Shown: piece after piece, positions 46,442 to 55,814 of the stretch
Position numbering within the stretch: the first letter of the stretch is position 1
Layout of the letters: every line of letters begins with the position of its first letter
Source of the DNA: Bacteroidota bacterium
Lineage (GTDB): Bacteria; Bacteroidota; Bacteroidia; Bacteroidales; Prolixibacteraceae
Length of the DNA: 64,000 nucleotides
Assembly (NCBI GenBank): GCA_030684645.1
Contig: JAUXUF010000179.1
Span: 40,279-104,278, forward strand
Direction: 5' to 3'
Position numbers and translations under genes: made by a program
Notes under the pieces: generated by a model
Told to the model about the DNA's origin: nothing
Databases searched by the model: none
What the model saw: the letters and a program-made list of their open reading frames with translations, nothing else

Positions 46442-49405
46442 CTATTTGTCTTCAACCCAAAGTTGAAAATCTTCAAAAAACACTTTCGAAACCTTTTGGT
46501 CGTTGGAGCCGCCGGCTAAACCGATGTCCATTTTCTTTGCCAGACCAGGGATTTCTCCGGATTCTCTCGATAAGATCCATGTTTTACCGTCAAAGCAGTA
46601 ATATCCTGAAAACCGGTCACCATGCCTGACCAACTTCAACCAAACCGGAAACGGATTATCGACACCATAATTTTTACTTTTTGCATTGTGCATGCAGCCG
46701 TTGCCAAATTCGTCCCATTGGACACCATTTCGCTTGGTGGTCGTCAACATGAGAACCGAACCCAAATTACCTTCTTTTGACTGATTACTTTTCGACAAAT
46801 CGTTCCGCGTAAATATTCCGGCCCGGAACCATTCGCTGATTCCTTCACTGAACCCTATAACTTTTACAGTAGCCACAAAATTCCCTTCAATCGCCCCATT
46901 CAGATAGATGGTTCCGTAGGAATCTTCGGCATGCAAAAAATCGGTTCCGGCTGCTGAAATTTCATAATGGTTCTTCCTGATATCGTATTCAAAACTACAG
47001 GGGTTAGCTGTAGCTGAGCAATAGCTTAGAAATGAAGATCTGGAGAGATCAATTTTTTTGGCCGGATAGACCTTGATGTTGATTGGTTGCAGGTTGCCAA
47101 TGGTAACTGAATGGGAACCAGATTCAGCCAAATATGCAAACTGTACCTGTTTCGATTCATTTCCTTTAAAATTAATTTCTTTTACAACGGCGACTTTGCC
47201 ATCAACAAGCAATTCAATTTTTTGCGATTTCTGATCACTTCTCGCATTCTGAGCTTCAACGCTGACAAAAAGAGAATCGCCCAAAGGGATTTCCGACAAG
47301 ATGGTTTTTAAATCGTGGCAGATAATAAAAAGTGGGTCACCCGAAATAAGAACTTCATTGGCAGCAGTTTGACCAATAGCCATAGTATGTTTGCCCGGAT
47401 CAAAAAACGTGTAGGAAAACTCCATTTTTCGCGCATTGTTCGAAATGACCGGGAACTTCTGAACATCTGCAACTTTTCCATCCACGTAAAGATAAACATC
47501 AGCAATTCCGGTGGAACCGGTGTTATTAACAGTTGCAGACACTGAAACATTACTCCCGGTCGTGAACCGATCAGCTTTTACCTGCAAATTACTGCAACCC
47601 AAATCAACTGACCCGTTAATGATTTCTTCCGGAACATTAGCAGGTGTTTCTATACTGAAATTATCCTGATACACATTATCAACCGGATAGGCAGCACAAT
47701 ATTTTAGTTCCCCTTGTTTCAGGTTGTAATAAATGTTATCGGTAACTTTCCACCCCAGCGACATATTCTGGAAAAAGAAACCGACATTTTCGTTAGTCGC
47801 AGCAGGGTGAACATCATGAATCAGGTTATTCCTGACCACTGAACCGGGACTCAAACCATAAACGGCAATCCCGCCTTCATCATCCCGTTTCATATTGGTA
47901 AACGACACGTGGTTGTATTCTGCCAAATGACTTCCGTCGCTGGTCTCTTCGATGTTAGGCCAGGATCCAAGCGTAATTCCGTAGCTTCCGGTATTGGAAA
48001 TGTAATTGTGCGAAACAGTCGTCCGGATAGCATTGGATGTGGATATTCCGGTTGCAGCAATCAGCGTATTGGTGACCTTGTTAAATGAAATCACATTGTC
48101 GCTCACCACATCGTTCCAGTTTTCGGGTTTTGGATTACCGGATACATTGATCCCGCTACCTTTTACATCATTGATAACATTTCGGCTAATCAGGTTGTGG
48201 TAACATCCAGGGCCAAACCTGATGGCTGTCTGGCCCACATTTTCAATTCTGTTTTTCAGTAATTCACAGTTTTTTGAGTATTGAAAAGAAAGTGTTGCAC
48301 CTCCTCCTGACCGGGTATTTTCAAATTTTAGGTTATAGAACCTAAGGTTCCGGACAGGTTTTTCACGCGTACCGGAAACATCAATCAGCTTATCTAATTT
48401 GGGAACCTCAACCGAAGCCAGATTGGGATCTCCTATTTCCTGATCAGGAATGAAACTGATGGTCTGTTCATTTTTATTGAAATACCATTCTCCAACCGTA
48501 TCCATTAATGCTTCAATATTCTCGACATAGTATTTGGGCGGAACGATCAGCAATTCAGTAGAAGGGTCGGTTAGCCAGGCCATATGTTTTTTTTCGTCAA
48601 TCCGCGCTATACTTGTATGAATACCACCCCACCTGACCGTCATGTGAATCCGGTTTGTCTCCATTCCTTTCCACGATTTAAGGTCGCCTGCTCTGTATTT
48701 AAAAAATTTGGCGTCGTTGGGTTGTCCATCGGTAAGAAAATAGCCACTGTTTGGCGTGCGGGCCAGCGTGAGCCGTTTGCCATTGGCATACAAGTCATCT
48801 ACTTCTGTCCTGTTTAGACTGGCCATCCATTTTCCACCGTTCAGTTTTTTCCAACCGGTTATTCTTTCCCCTCCTGAAATAACAGGCGTTTCACCGGGAT
48901 AGGCCGCATAAATGACATAGTAATCTTTAAGTTCGTGGTATTCAAATGCGCCGGTTGGCAGGTCAGTTTCCACACGTTCGCCACCATCGGTTGCAGAGAA
49001 CTCCAGTGTATTGTCTAACGAATAGACTCCATCGCGGATTAATACCAAAATATCACGACCAACCCCAAACTGATGAGGCGTTCCTATAAATCGTTTATCG
49101 ATCGCTGGTTTTTTGAGCTGATAAACTTCATCCTTCAATTTTTTTACTGCAGTTTTTGCCCGTTCAATGGTAGCAAATGGGCCATCGGTTCGATCTTTGT
49201 TGGGTTCAGCCAGTTTCCCTGTCCAATTATCATCTCCTGAAGGAGACACGTAAAAATCTGCGGCTGTTCCTTTCAGTTCATATTCAACTTTCTCAATTCC
49301 CCGAACCATCCGACCCTGAGCAAAAACCTGATAATCCGAAAGAAACAGGGTGATCAGCATCAATAGACTGATAACACTTATAACTGGCTTAAAACTGGTT
49401 TCCAT
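46442..49405 (-). CDS. GH141-like right-handed beta-helix glycosidase with CARDB-like Ig domains and C-terminal ConA/DUF1349-like domain
   Basis: 987 aa with signal peptide. Motifs DFYVSPSGDDNWTG..DGPFATIERAK, AAYPGETPVISGG, LARTPN, YYVENI..LMDTVGEWY, SVVRNNLIHD, then VSATVNNTG..VYLYVDG and VWLKLVRHGDRFSGY. Confidence 0.65.
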   Translation of the reverse strand: METSFKPVISVISLLMLITLFLSDYQVFAQGRMVRGIEKVEYELKGTAADFYVSPSGDDNWTGKLAEPNKDRTDGPFATIERAKTAVKKLKDEVYQLKKPAIDKRFIGTPHQFGVGRDILVLIRDGVYSLDNTLEFSATDGGERVETDLPTGAFEYHELKDYYVIYAAYPGETPVISGGERITGWKKLNGGKWMASLNRTEVDDLYANGKRLTLARTPNSGYFLTDGQPNDAKFFKYRAGDLKSWKGMETNRIHMTVRWGGIHTSIARIDEKKHMAWLTDPSTELLIVPPKYYVENIEALMDTVGEWYFNKNEQTISFIPDQEIGDPNLASVEVPKLDKLIDVSGTREKPVRNLRFYNLKFENTRSGGGATLSFQYSKNCELLKNRIENVGQTAIRFGPGCYHNLISRNVINDVKGSGINVSGNPKPENWNDVVSDNVISFNKVTNTLIAATGISTSNAIRTTVSHNYISNTGSYGITLGSWPNIEETSDGSHLAEYNHVSFTNMKRDDEGGIAVYGLSPGSVVRNNLIHDVHPAATNENVGFFFQNMSLGWKVTDNIYYNLKQGELKYCAAYPVDNVYQDNFSIETPANVPEEIINGSVDLGCSNLQVKADRFTTGSNVSVSATVNNTGSTGIADVYLYVDGKVADVQKFPVISNNARKMEFSYTFFDPGKHTMAIGQTAANEVLISGDPLFIICHDLKTILSEIPLGDSLFVSVEAQNARSDQKSQKIELLVDGKVAVVKEINFKGNESKQVQFAYLAESGSHSVTIGNLQPINIKVYPAKKIDLSRSSFLSYCSATANPCSFEYDIRKNHYEISAAGTDFLHAEDSYGTIYLNGAIEGNFVATVKVIGFSEGISEWFRAGIFTRNDLSKSNQSKEGNLGSVLMLTTTKRNGVQWDEFGNGCMHNAKSKNYGVDNPFPVWLKLVRHGDRFSGYYCFDGKTWILSRESGEIPGLAKKMDIGLAGGSNDQKVSKVFFEDFQLWVEDK

Positions 49406-49470
49406 AGAATAATATTTTTAGTCCTACAACCTTTCGAAATCAATAAATTAGTTTTTTAAATAACCCAAAT

Positions 49471-50793
49471 TTAATTTAACGCCGGAAGCCCCAGGTCTTT
49501 TCTTAATTTGGCAATGGCCCAGCACCACCATACTGATTGTTCGCCATTTCCGCAATCTGCCTTTACCCATTTCCCTCCACTAAAACTCATACTTTCCAGG
49601 TAAATAGGCTTATCCGCATGGTATTTATTCAAAAATTTGAAACACTCGAGTATTTTATCATAGGCTCCTTCCTGTCTGCAATATTCGATATCCCAACCTA
49701 AACCTTTTCCTATTACAAATTTGGAAATCTGTCCGCTTTCATCATATTCGCCAGCCAAATATTTGAGGCTATTATCCAACTCATCGTTAATGTAAAGTGT
49801 TTGTTTGAGCAAATCGATGGTATTTCTCAACACCTGATGATCCAGCGGTTCCCATTGAGCTGCAACCGGACCGTAACACAGCCACCCCATTCCGGTGAAT
49901 GGACGTCCCCAGTTGCCATCTGGCAGGCGCATTTCCAAATACACTTTTTTTCCATCCACAACCCGTGTTAAATGTTTATCAACTCCACCCTTTAGCACCT
50001 CAAGTCTTGTCTTCAGATATTGGTATAATTCGGTATCGTTTCTTCTTTCCGCCAGCTGCATCATACTTTGTGCTGCTGCACCAACAAAACTTTGCGTTAA
50101 CAGATCAAAAGCCGACCACATTCTTCCCTCCCGGCTATGTTCGAGTGCGCAGTTAAATACCAGGTGGATAGCATTGCAAGAGAAGTTGCTTTTATTTATG
50201 TAGTAAAAGTAGGGCTGATCCAAAAATGACATCACCTCTTTTTTGGCTATTTCATAATACTTATTTTCAAAGTCCGGACGGTCTTTTTTTAAGCAGAACC
50301 TTGCATAGGCCATAACCACATGGGCACGTCCATCAATTTCGTCTTCGGTTTCAAACCATTGCTCAAAGCTTCCATTACCTAATATTTTTAAGGAATCGAT
50401 TACATGAGGAACCTTCGCCAAATGGTTCCGAATCATTGAGTTAAATACAAATTCCAACGAGCGTTGTATTCTCATATAATCTTCTGTCTCGAACAGCAAC
50501 GAGACATACCCTCCAATAGTCCGGGGAAATTCTCCTCTGTAAGACCCTGTTAACGATTCCTGCAAATATCCATCTGCCTTCATTCTGGAGGTAAGGGAGA
50601 GGTAAGTATTCCGGTAGATTTTAGAGATTGTTCCATGTTCCAGCTCATAGATCAATTGTTTTTTTATTTGAATCATGGATTCATCAGCGCTTGTAACTTT
50701 CGGGTCGCTTTTTGGGCCATTCACGTTCGGAGGTGCAGCGATGCCAATTGTTACCGTCAGCAAAGCAAAAATCAGCAATATTAATCTTCTCAT
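49471..50793 (-). CDS. Unassigned secreted six-hairpin (alpha/alpha)6 glycosidase-like protein
   Basis: 440 aa with signal peptide. Predicted helix-rich, with acidic loop motifs YRGEFPRT, ETEDEIDGRAH, LEHSRE, FDLLTQSF and GNGEQSVWW. The fold call is by eye. Confidence 0.4.
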   Translation of the reverse strand: MRRLILLIFALLTVTIGIAAPPNVNGPKSDPKVTSADESMIQIKKQLIYELEHGTISKIYRNTYLSLTSRMKADGYLQESLTGSYRGEFPRTIGGYVSLLFETEDYMRIQRSLEFVFNSMIRNHLAKVPHVIDSLKILGNGSFEQWFETEDEIDGRAHVVMAYARFCLKKDRPDFENKYYEIAKKEVMSFLDQPYFYYINKSNFSCNAIHLVFNCALEHSREGRMWSAFDLLTQSFVGAAAQSMMQLAERRNDTELYQYLKTRLEVLKGGVDKHLTRVVDGKKVYLEMRLPDGNWGRPFTGMGWLCYGPVAAQWEPLDHQVLRNTIDLLKQTLYINDELDNSLKYLAGEYDESGQISKFVIGKGLGWDIEYCRQEGAYDKILECFKFLNKYHADKPIYLESMSFSGGKWVKADCGNGEQSVWWCWAIAKLRKDLGLPALN

Positions 50794-50872
50794 CGTTCGT
50801 TGTAATTTTTCGTGGTTAATTTGTTCATATAAATAAGATAGTCAAACCGACTAAAATTTATTATTAAAGGAT

Positions 50873-53599
50873 CTATCGAACTATTTTAAGCTGTCCGGTG
50901 GATTTTATATCCGAAGAAGAACTACCGGCCATTAACCTGAATATTCCCGGTTCAACAACAAATAATTTTTTGTTTACGTCCCAAAAAGCCAAATCATTTA
51001 CCGGAAAAACAAGTTCAACTACCTTGCTTTCATTGGGTTTTAGCGAAACTCTTTCAAAACCAACCAGTTGTTTTTCAGGCCTTAGAACACTCGATTTTTC
51101 GTCGTGTGCATACAGTTGCACCACTTCCTCTCCGGCGCGGTTACCCCTATTTTTAATTTCAATTTTTACCGATACACTTCCTGTCTGATCAACAGGCCTG
51201 GATGAAACCTGCAACTTTCCATATTTAAACTGGGTGTAGCTGAGCCCAAATCCGAATGGATAAAGCACCTCGCTTATTTGTGATTTATCGCTCACGTTAT
51301 TCCCGTACATGTAAGTCCGCCCGTTGCGGATATCATAGTCACTGATTGAAGGCATTTTTTCAACCGATTTATAGAAAGTCATTGGCAAGCGACCTGCAGG
51401 ATTATAATCTCCAAAGATGACATCGGCCAAGGCATTTCCCGATTCCTCTCCATTGAACCATGCCTCGATAATTGAAGGAACATTTTCCTGAACCCAGTTA
51501 ATGGACATTGCCCCACCATTCTGCAGAACGACTATTGTTTTCGGATTGGCTTTAAACACCGCCTTAACCAAATCTTCCTGATCGCCAGGCAAATCCAGAT
51601 CAGAACGATCGACACCTTCTTTTTCCACGCTTCCATCAGTCCCTAAAACCACAACTGCCACGTCAGCATTTCGGGCTGCCTCAACTGCTTCTGCGAATTT
51701 ATCAGGATTCTGGGGCGCCCCCCAAAGTTTGACTGCTGCGTTATACCACTGTTCGGTATATTCGAGGCGCAGATCGTATTGTTTTCCCTTCTCCAATTCA
51801 ATTTTCACGGCAGCCGACGAACGGTTCCTGTTGAGCGTTTTATCGATGATCTTTTTACCATCAATGTAAAGTCGGATAGCATCGTCGAAATCGCCGCCAA
51901 TGTAATAAGGGCCCGAAACAGGGGCAATCAGTTTACCGGTCCACCTCACCGAATAGTAATCAACCGGCAGGCCAGGAACAGCAGCGCCTCTGCCAAAATT
52001 AAAATCAATCAGGGGATCAATGCGGGTTAAAACAGGTTCACCCGAACAATCTGTATTGTTGAAGTACTCGCCTTTTAAACCGTGCTCGCCGGGTTTTCCG
52101 CCAACTGGAATTAAATATTCTGTGGGAATGGCAGGCAGGCTTATTTTAATGTCGGTGCCTTTCACAAATTTCACTCTGATGCTGTCCAGTTTGTTAATGA
52201 TTCCCTGTAGCGGAGAAACTACATGGGAAAAGGCGCCGATGTACCCGCCCAGCTGGCAAACCGCGGCGTTCGGTCCAATTACTGCAACCGTTTTTACTTT
52301 ATTTTTATCCAACGGTAAAACCGCACCCTTGTTTTTCAACAAAACAATCGATTCACGCGCTATTTGCCGTGCCAATTCGAGATGGACATCACTGTGAACC
52401 ACTGAAAGTGGGATTTTAGTGTATGGCACCAATTCCGGAGGATCGTACAGTCCGAGCCGGAAGCGTGAAACAAGGATCCGGAACACGGCCGAATCGATGG
52501 TGGCTTCCGAAATCATCCCTTTCCGTACAACATCAGCCAGATGATCCCTGAAACAATCACCGCATTCGATATCCATGCCGGAGTTCAGTGCCAGGGCAAT
52601 GGCTTCCTCAGGGCCGGTTACATACTTATGACCTTCGTAAAAATCTTTAAGCCCGTTGCAATCGGAAACCACAGTTCCATCGAATCCCCATTCACCGCGA
52701 AGAATATCAGTCAGAAGTTCTTTATTTCCTGAACAGGGAACACCGTTCAGTCGGTTATATGCCGACATAATCTGTTCTGCTTTTCCTTCCTGAACAAGCA
52801 CCTGGTAGGGCTTCAGGTAATATTCACGTAAAAGTTGTTCATCAACATTGGAAGAACCATTGTGACGGCACCATTCTTCGTTGTTCAAAGCAAAATGCTT
52901 AGGTCCGGCTATCCCTTTCAGGTATTTGGGATGGTCGCCCTGGATACCTTTCACAAACTGAAGGCTGAGTTGCGAAGTAAGGTACGGGTCTTCACCGTAA
53001 CATTCTTCGGTACGTCCCCAGCGTGGGTCGCGTGCCATTTCGACAACCGGCGCCCAGAAAGTGAGCGTTGATTTGTTCATCTTAGCATGGAAACGGGGCC
53101 TTGCCTCATCCGACAATGCATTGCCAATGGCAAGGTTCATTTTCCTGTCCCATGTAGCGGCCTGTGCAATAGCTACCGGAAAAATAGTTGGAAAATCGTC
53201 TGCACGGGCGCTAACGCAATGACCTGCCTCGCCTCCCCACTGGTACCCCAAAATGCCAAGGCGCGGCAAATCAGTCGGAATACGAGTCATCATCTGCGAA
53301 AGTTTTTCTTCCAATGTCATTCGCGACAGCAAATCGGCAACACGCACTTTAAAAGATTGATTATAATCCATGTAAAGCGGTTTTTCGTCTGCTTTCTGCG
53401 CAAATAATGCGATGCTCTGAAAAACAAAAAATAAAAAGATCAGAGTATTTTTAAGTCTAAAGGTTAAGTCATGTCCGAAGAGTCTTTTTTTTGCCACGAA
53501 GGCACTAAAGCTCAATGTTACACTAAGAAAATTTTGCTTGAACTTTATTCTTTGTGTGACTTTCTGACTTGTCGCCTTGGTGGCATTTCTTTTTTCCAT
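50873..53599 (-). CDS. GH3 beta-xylosidase/glucosidase-type enzyme with PA14 insertion (5' end uncertain)
   Basis: 908 aa. Motifs RVADLLSRMTLEEK, ARDPRWGRTEECYGEDP, KHF, nucleophile motif VVSDC, PA14 insert GLKGEYFNN..YSVRWTG, EGVDRSDLDLPG and YPFGFGLSYT. Confidence 0.93.
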   Translation of the reverse strand: MEKRNATKATSQKVTQRIKFKQNFLSVTLSFSAFVAKKRLFGHDLTFRLKNTLIFLFFVFQSIALFAQKADEKPLYMDYNQSFKVRVADLLSRMTLEEKLSQMMTRIPTDLPRLGILGYQWGGEAGHCVSARADDFPTIFPVAIAQAATWDRKMNLAIGNALSDEARPRFHAKMNKSTLTFWAPVVEMARDPRWGRTEECYGEDPYLTSQLSLQFVKGIQGDHPKYLKGIAGPKHFALNNEEWCRHNGSSNVDEQLLREYYLKPYQVLVQEGKAEQIMSAYNRLNGVPCSGNKELLTDILRGEWGFDGTVVSDCNGLKDFYEGHKYVTGPEEAIALALNSGMDIECGDCFRDHLADVVRKGMISEATIDSAVFRILVSRFRLGLYDPPELVPYTKIPLSVVHSDVHLELARQIARESIVLLKNKGAVLPLDKNKVKTVAVIGPNAAVCQLGGYIGAFSHVVSPLQGIINKLDSIRVKFVKGTDIKISLPAIPTEYLIPVGGKPGEHGLKGEYFNNTDCSGEPVLTRIDPLIDFNFGRGAAVPGLPVDYYSVRWTGKLIAPVSGPYYIGGDFDDAIRLYIDGKKIIDKTLNRNRSSAAVKIELEKGKQYDLRLEYTEQWYNAAVKLWGAPQNPDKFAEAVEAARNADVAVVVLGTDGSVEKEGVDRSDLDLPGDQEDLVKAVFKANPKTIVVLQNGGAMSINWVQENVPSIIEAWFNGEESGNALADVIFGDYNPAGRLPMTFYKSVEKMPSISDYDIRNGRTYMYGNNVSDKSQISEVLYPFGFGLSYTQFKYGKLQVSSRPVDQTGSVSVKIEIKNRGNRAGEEVVQLYAHDEKSSVLRPEKQLVGFERVSLKPNESKVVELVFPVNDLAFWDVNKKLFVVEPGIFRLMAGSSSSDIKSTGQLKIVR
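53493..53584. repeat. Palindromic REP/MITE-like element within the 5' extension of the GH3 ORF
   Basis: Left arm GCCACGAAGGC pairs with right arm GCCTTGGTGGC (one mismatch). Inner repeats cactaaag / cactaag / ctttgtgtg. Confidence 0.55.
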
Positions 53600-53614
53600 A
53601 GCTTTATTATCTGT

Positions 53615-54772
53615 CTATTTGATGAATTTATTGGGAATATAGAGATACGATTCGCCCCAAATCAATACCACTACCGGATATTTGGAAGCTTTTAGTTCGG
53701 CATAATTTAATTCCAGGTATTTGTCGTCGCCCCAAAAAGGAAGCCTGTCCCAAACGGTGTGCCCCAGTTCCAGCTCATGTCCGGGCAATATCAATTCAGG
53801 ATTAAAACCCCGGGCAATCCTGAAAATATCCATCGTCCACGCATTGGGCATAAACACGTCAACATGATGTTTTTTGGCTACCTGATCAATCCAGTCGTAG
53901 TCAATCATGAAATCCCCTTCGTTAATCTGATCGCCAATATGGGCAAGGGTAATTCCTTCCGGAGTTTTAACCAGGTAAACATTGTTGATGGCTGAATGCA
54001 ACTGGTGGCCCGGATAGACATACAAACCGAGTATGTATTTTTTAAGTTTCAACTGCTGAAGCTTTTCAGCTACCCGTTCAGGATGGATTATTTTGGAATA
54101 AACAGGATCGTTAGGCCAGGTCTCTTCAGTCGCCAAAACCGGAAGCCCCAGGGCAATAAACTGCTGTGCCATTTTCAGGTCAGCATGATCTTCGTGCCGG
54201 TGGGTTATCAGCAGCGCATCGCATTGGCGGACGATCCGCTGAATTTCATCCTGATTCATAGCAAAGTCTTCTGATTGCGAAGTTATTCCACTAACCAGGT
54301 CAAAAGCAAGAGTGACAGTTTTGGTTCGTGCGATGAATCCCATATCATAAACTTTCCAGATCCGGACCCCTTTTTCGACCTTGGTCGTTTCAAGTTCCCG
54401 AATTACCTGATTGACGCGGGCATGAAAAAACTCCTGAACTGGTCTCCGGTAAACGGCAAAATGTTCATGAAAGACGGCATCCATCAGCAGTTTGGCAGTT
54501 GTTCTTTCAAAATTATCATGAACAACAGGAGAGTATTTTGAAAGAACTGATTGAACCGTATCTAAAAAGACTTTGGCCTGCCGGTCGAGGTAATCATTGT
54601 CCTTTTGGCTCAGTTGAGGATCGGGCAATCCTCCTCCTTCCTTCTTGTCATACATTTGTGCTGACAGCTCCTGAAATCCGGAGAGAACAAAGAGGATCAG
54701 CAGAAAAATGAGGTGCAATTTTAGTTTTCTCATTCTGAGCATATTAGTAAAGGGAGACTCGTTAAACCACAT
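53615..54772 (-). CDS. Secreted MBL-fold metallo-hydrolase (UlaG-like; probable start about 54733)
   Basis: 385 aa with signal peptide MRKLKLHLIF... Metal motif THRHEDHAD, plus HIGDQ and ILPGHELE. Confidence 0.85.
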   Translation of the reverse strand: MWFNESPFTNMLRMRKLKLHLIFLLILFVLSGFQELSAQMYDKKEGGGLPDPQLSQKDNDYLDRQAKVFLDTVQSVLSKYSPVVHDNFERTTAKLLMDAVFHEHFAVYRRPVQEFFHARVNQVIRELETTKVEKGVRIWKVYDMGFIARTKTVTLAFDLVSGITSQSEDFAMNQDEIQRIVRQCDALLITHRHEDHADLKMAQQFIALGLPVLATEETWPNDPVYSKIIHPERVAEKLQQLKLKKYILGLYVYPGHQLHSAINNVYLVKTPEGITLAHIGDQINEGDFMIDYDWIDQVAKKHHVDVFMPNAWTMDIFRIARGFNPELILPGHELELGHTVWDRLPFWGDDKYLELNYAELKASKYPVVVLIWGESYLYIPNKFIK

Positions 54773-54775
54773 TGA

Positions 54776-55798
54776 TTATCTGAAATTCCTTGCTGTTTCA
54801 ATCATCATTTTCAAGTTCTCTGAAGGTGTATTGGGCGGAATAGCACAACCTGCATTGAGAATAAACCGACTTGAATTCTGATAGACCGTTAATAATTCAA
54901 GTGTCTTTTTCTGAACAGAATCAACTGTACCCAAAGCTAAAACTCCGCTTGGATCAATATTCCCAATGAGCGCTGTTCGATCAGAAAGAGTATTGTAGAT
55001 TTTAGAAATGTCAGTTTTATAGTCCAATTCGAAAGCGTCAGCTCCGGTCAACAGCATGTGATCCAGAATAACCTCCGTATTGCCGCAAATATGTAAAGTG
55101 TACGCAACACCGGCATGATGAGCTACTTCCACGATTTTCTTTTCGTAAGGCATCGCATATTTTAAATACATTTCAGGTGAAATCATTTCAGGTCCTGCCG
55201 GGCTATCGCCATTGGAAACCATATCGCAACCGGTTTGGGCCATTAGTTTGATAAACTGTGAACTGGCATCGGTACAATATTCAAGCAACAATTCAAGTTG
55301 TTCGTCGGTTTCTATCATCAAATCGAGCATCCAGTTTTGTGCCCCGCGCATCATACTGGCCAGAGAGAAAGGCGCCTGGTCGCAGTTTCCGCGAATGTAA
55401 ATCTCATCTTTAAAATAATCCTTCAGTAAACGAACTGATTCCAGCCAAACCTGAATGTACTTGTAATCTTCAACTTTGCATGGTTTCAGGTTGACCGCAT
55501 CTTCCAGATTTGCCAGATTGCCAAGGTGTGTGCGGGCCGGGTCATCGACAGGAAAATCAACAGGAACCCCAACTGCACCGGCAAGGGTTACGGTGTCGAG
55601 ATCAACCAGAATGCCGTCATACTGATATTTTTCTACTGAAGCGATAAAGGTTTCTGCGATAACCCTGGGGCTATTGCGGTATTGCTCCATGGTAACTCCA
55701 TGCTCTCTGGCTGCCATCATGAAATTATGAAGCATCACAGGAACTTTATCTGTTTTTTCTCCTATTAATGCAGCGTTTATTCGTTCAAATCCGTTCAT
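54776..55798 (-). CDS. URO-D-fold, MtaA/CmuA-like Zn-dependent methyltransferase family protein (not HemE)
   Basis: 340 aa, cytoplasmic. Motifs MNGFERI..ALIGEKTDKVPV, EAVGVPV-like AGAVGVPV, APFSLASMMRG, MISPEMY, LHICG, LIGNIDPSGVL..GT and ILNAGCAIPPNTPSEN. It lacks the HemE RQAGR motif. Confidence 0.85.
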   Translation of the reverse strand: MNGFERINAALIGEKTDKVPVMLHNFMMAAREHGVTMEQYRNSPRVIAETFIASVEKYQYDGILVDLDTVTLAGAVGVPVDFPVDDPARTHLGNLANLEDAVNLKPCKVEDYKYIQVWLESVRLLKDYFKDEIYIRGNCDQAPFSLASMMRGAQNWMLDLMIETDEQLELLLEYCTDASSQFIKLMAQTGCDMVSNGDSPAGPEMISPEMYLKYAMPYEKKIVEVAHHAGVAYTLHICGNTEVILDHMLLTGADAFELDYKTDISKIYNTLSDRTALIGNIDPSGVLALGTVDSVQKKTLELLTVYQNSSRFILNAGCAIPPNTPSENLKMMIETARNFR

Positions 55799-55814
55799 AA
55801 TACTTCTCTAAAAA

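Noticed and set aside
54776-55798. Calling the URO-D-fold gene hemE (haem biosynthesis)
   Set aside because: It lacks the RQAGR substrate-binding motif, has the HxC...C Zn motif instead, and no tetrapyrrole genes are nearby.
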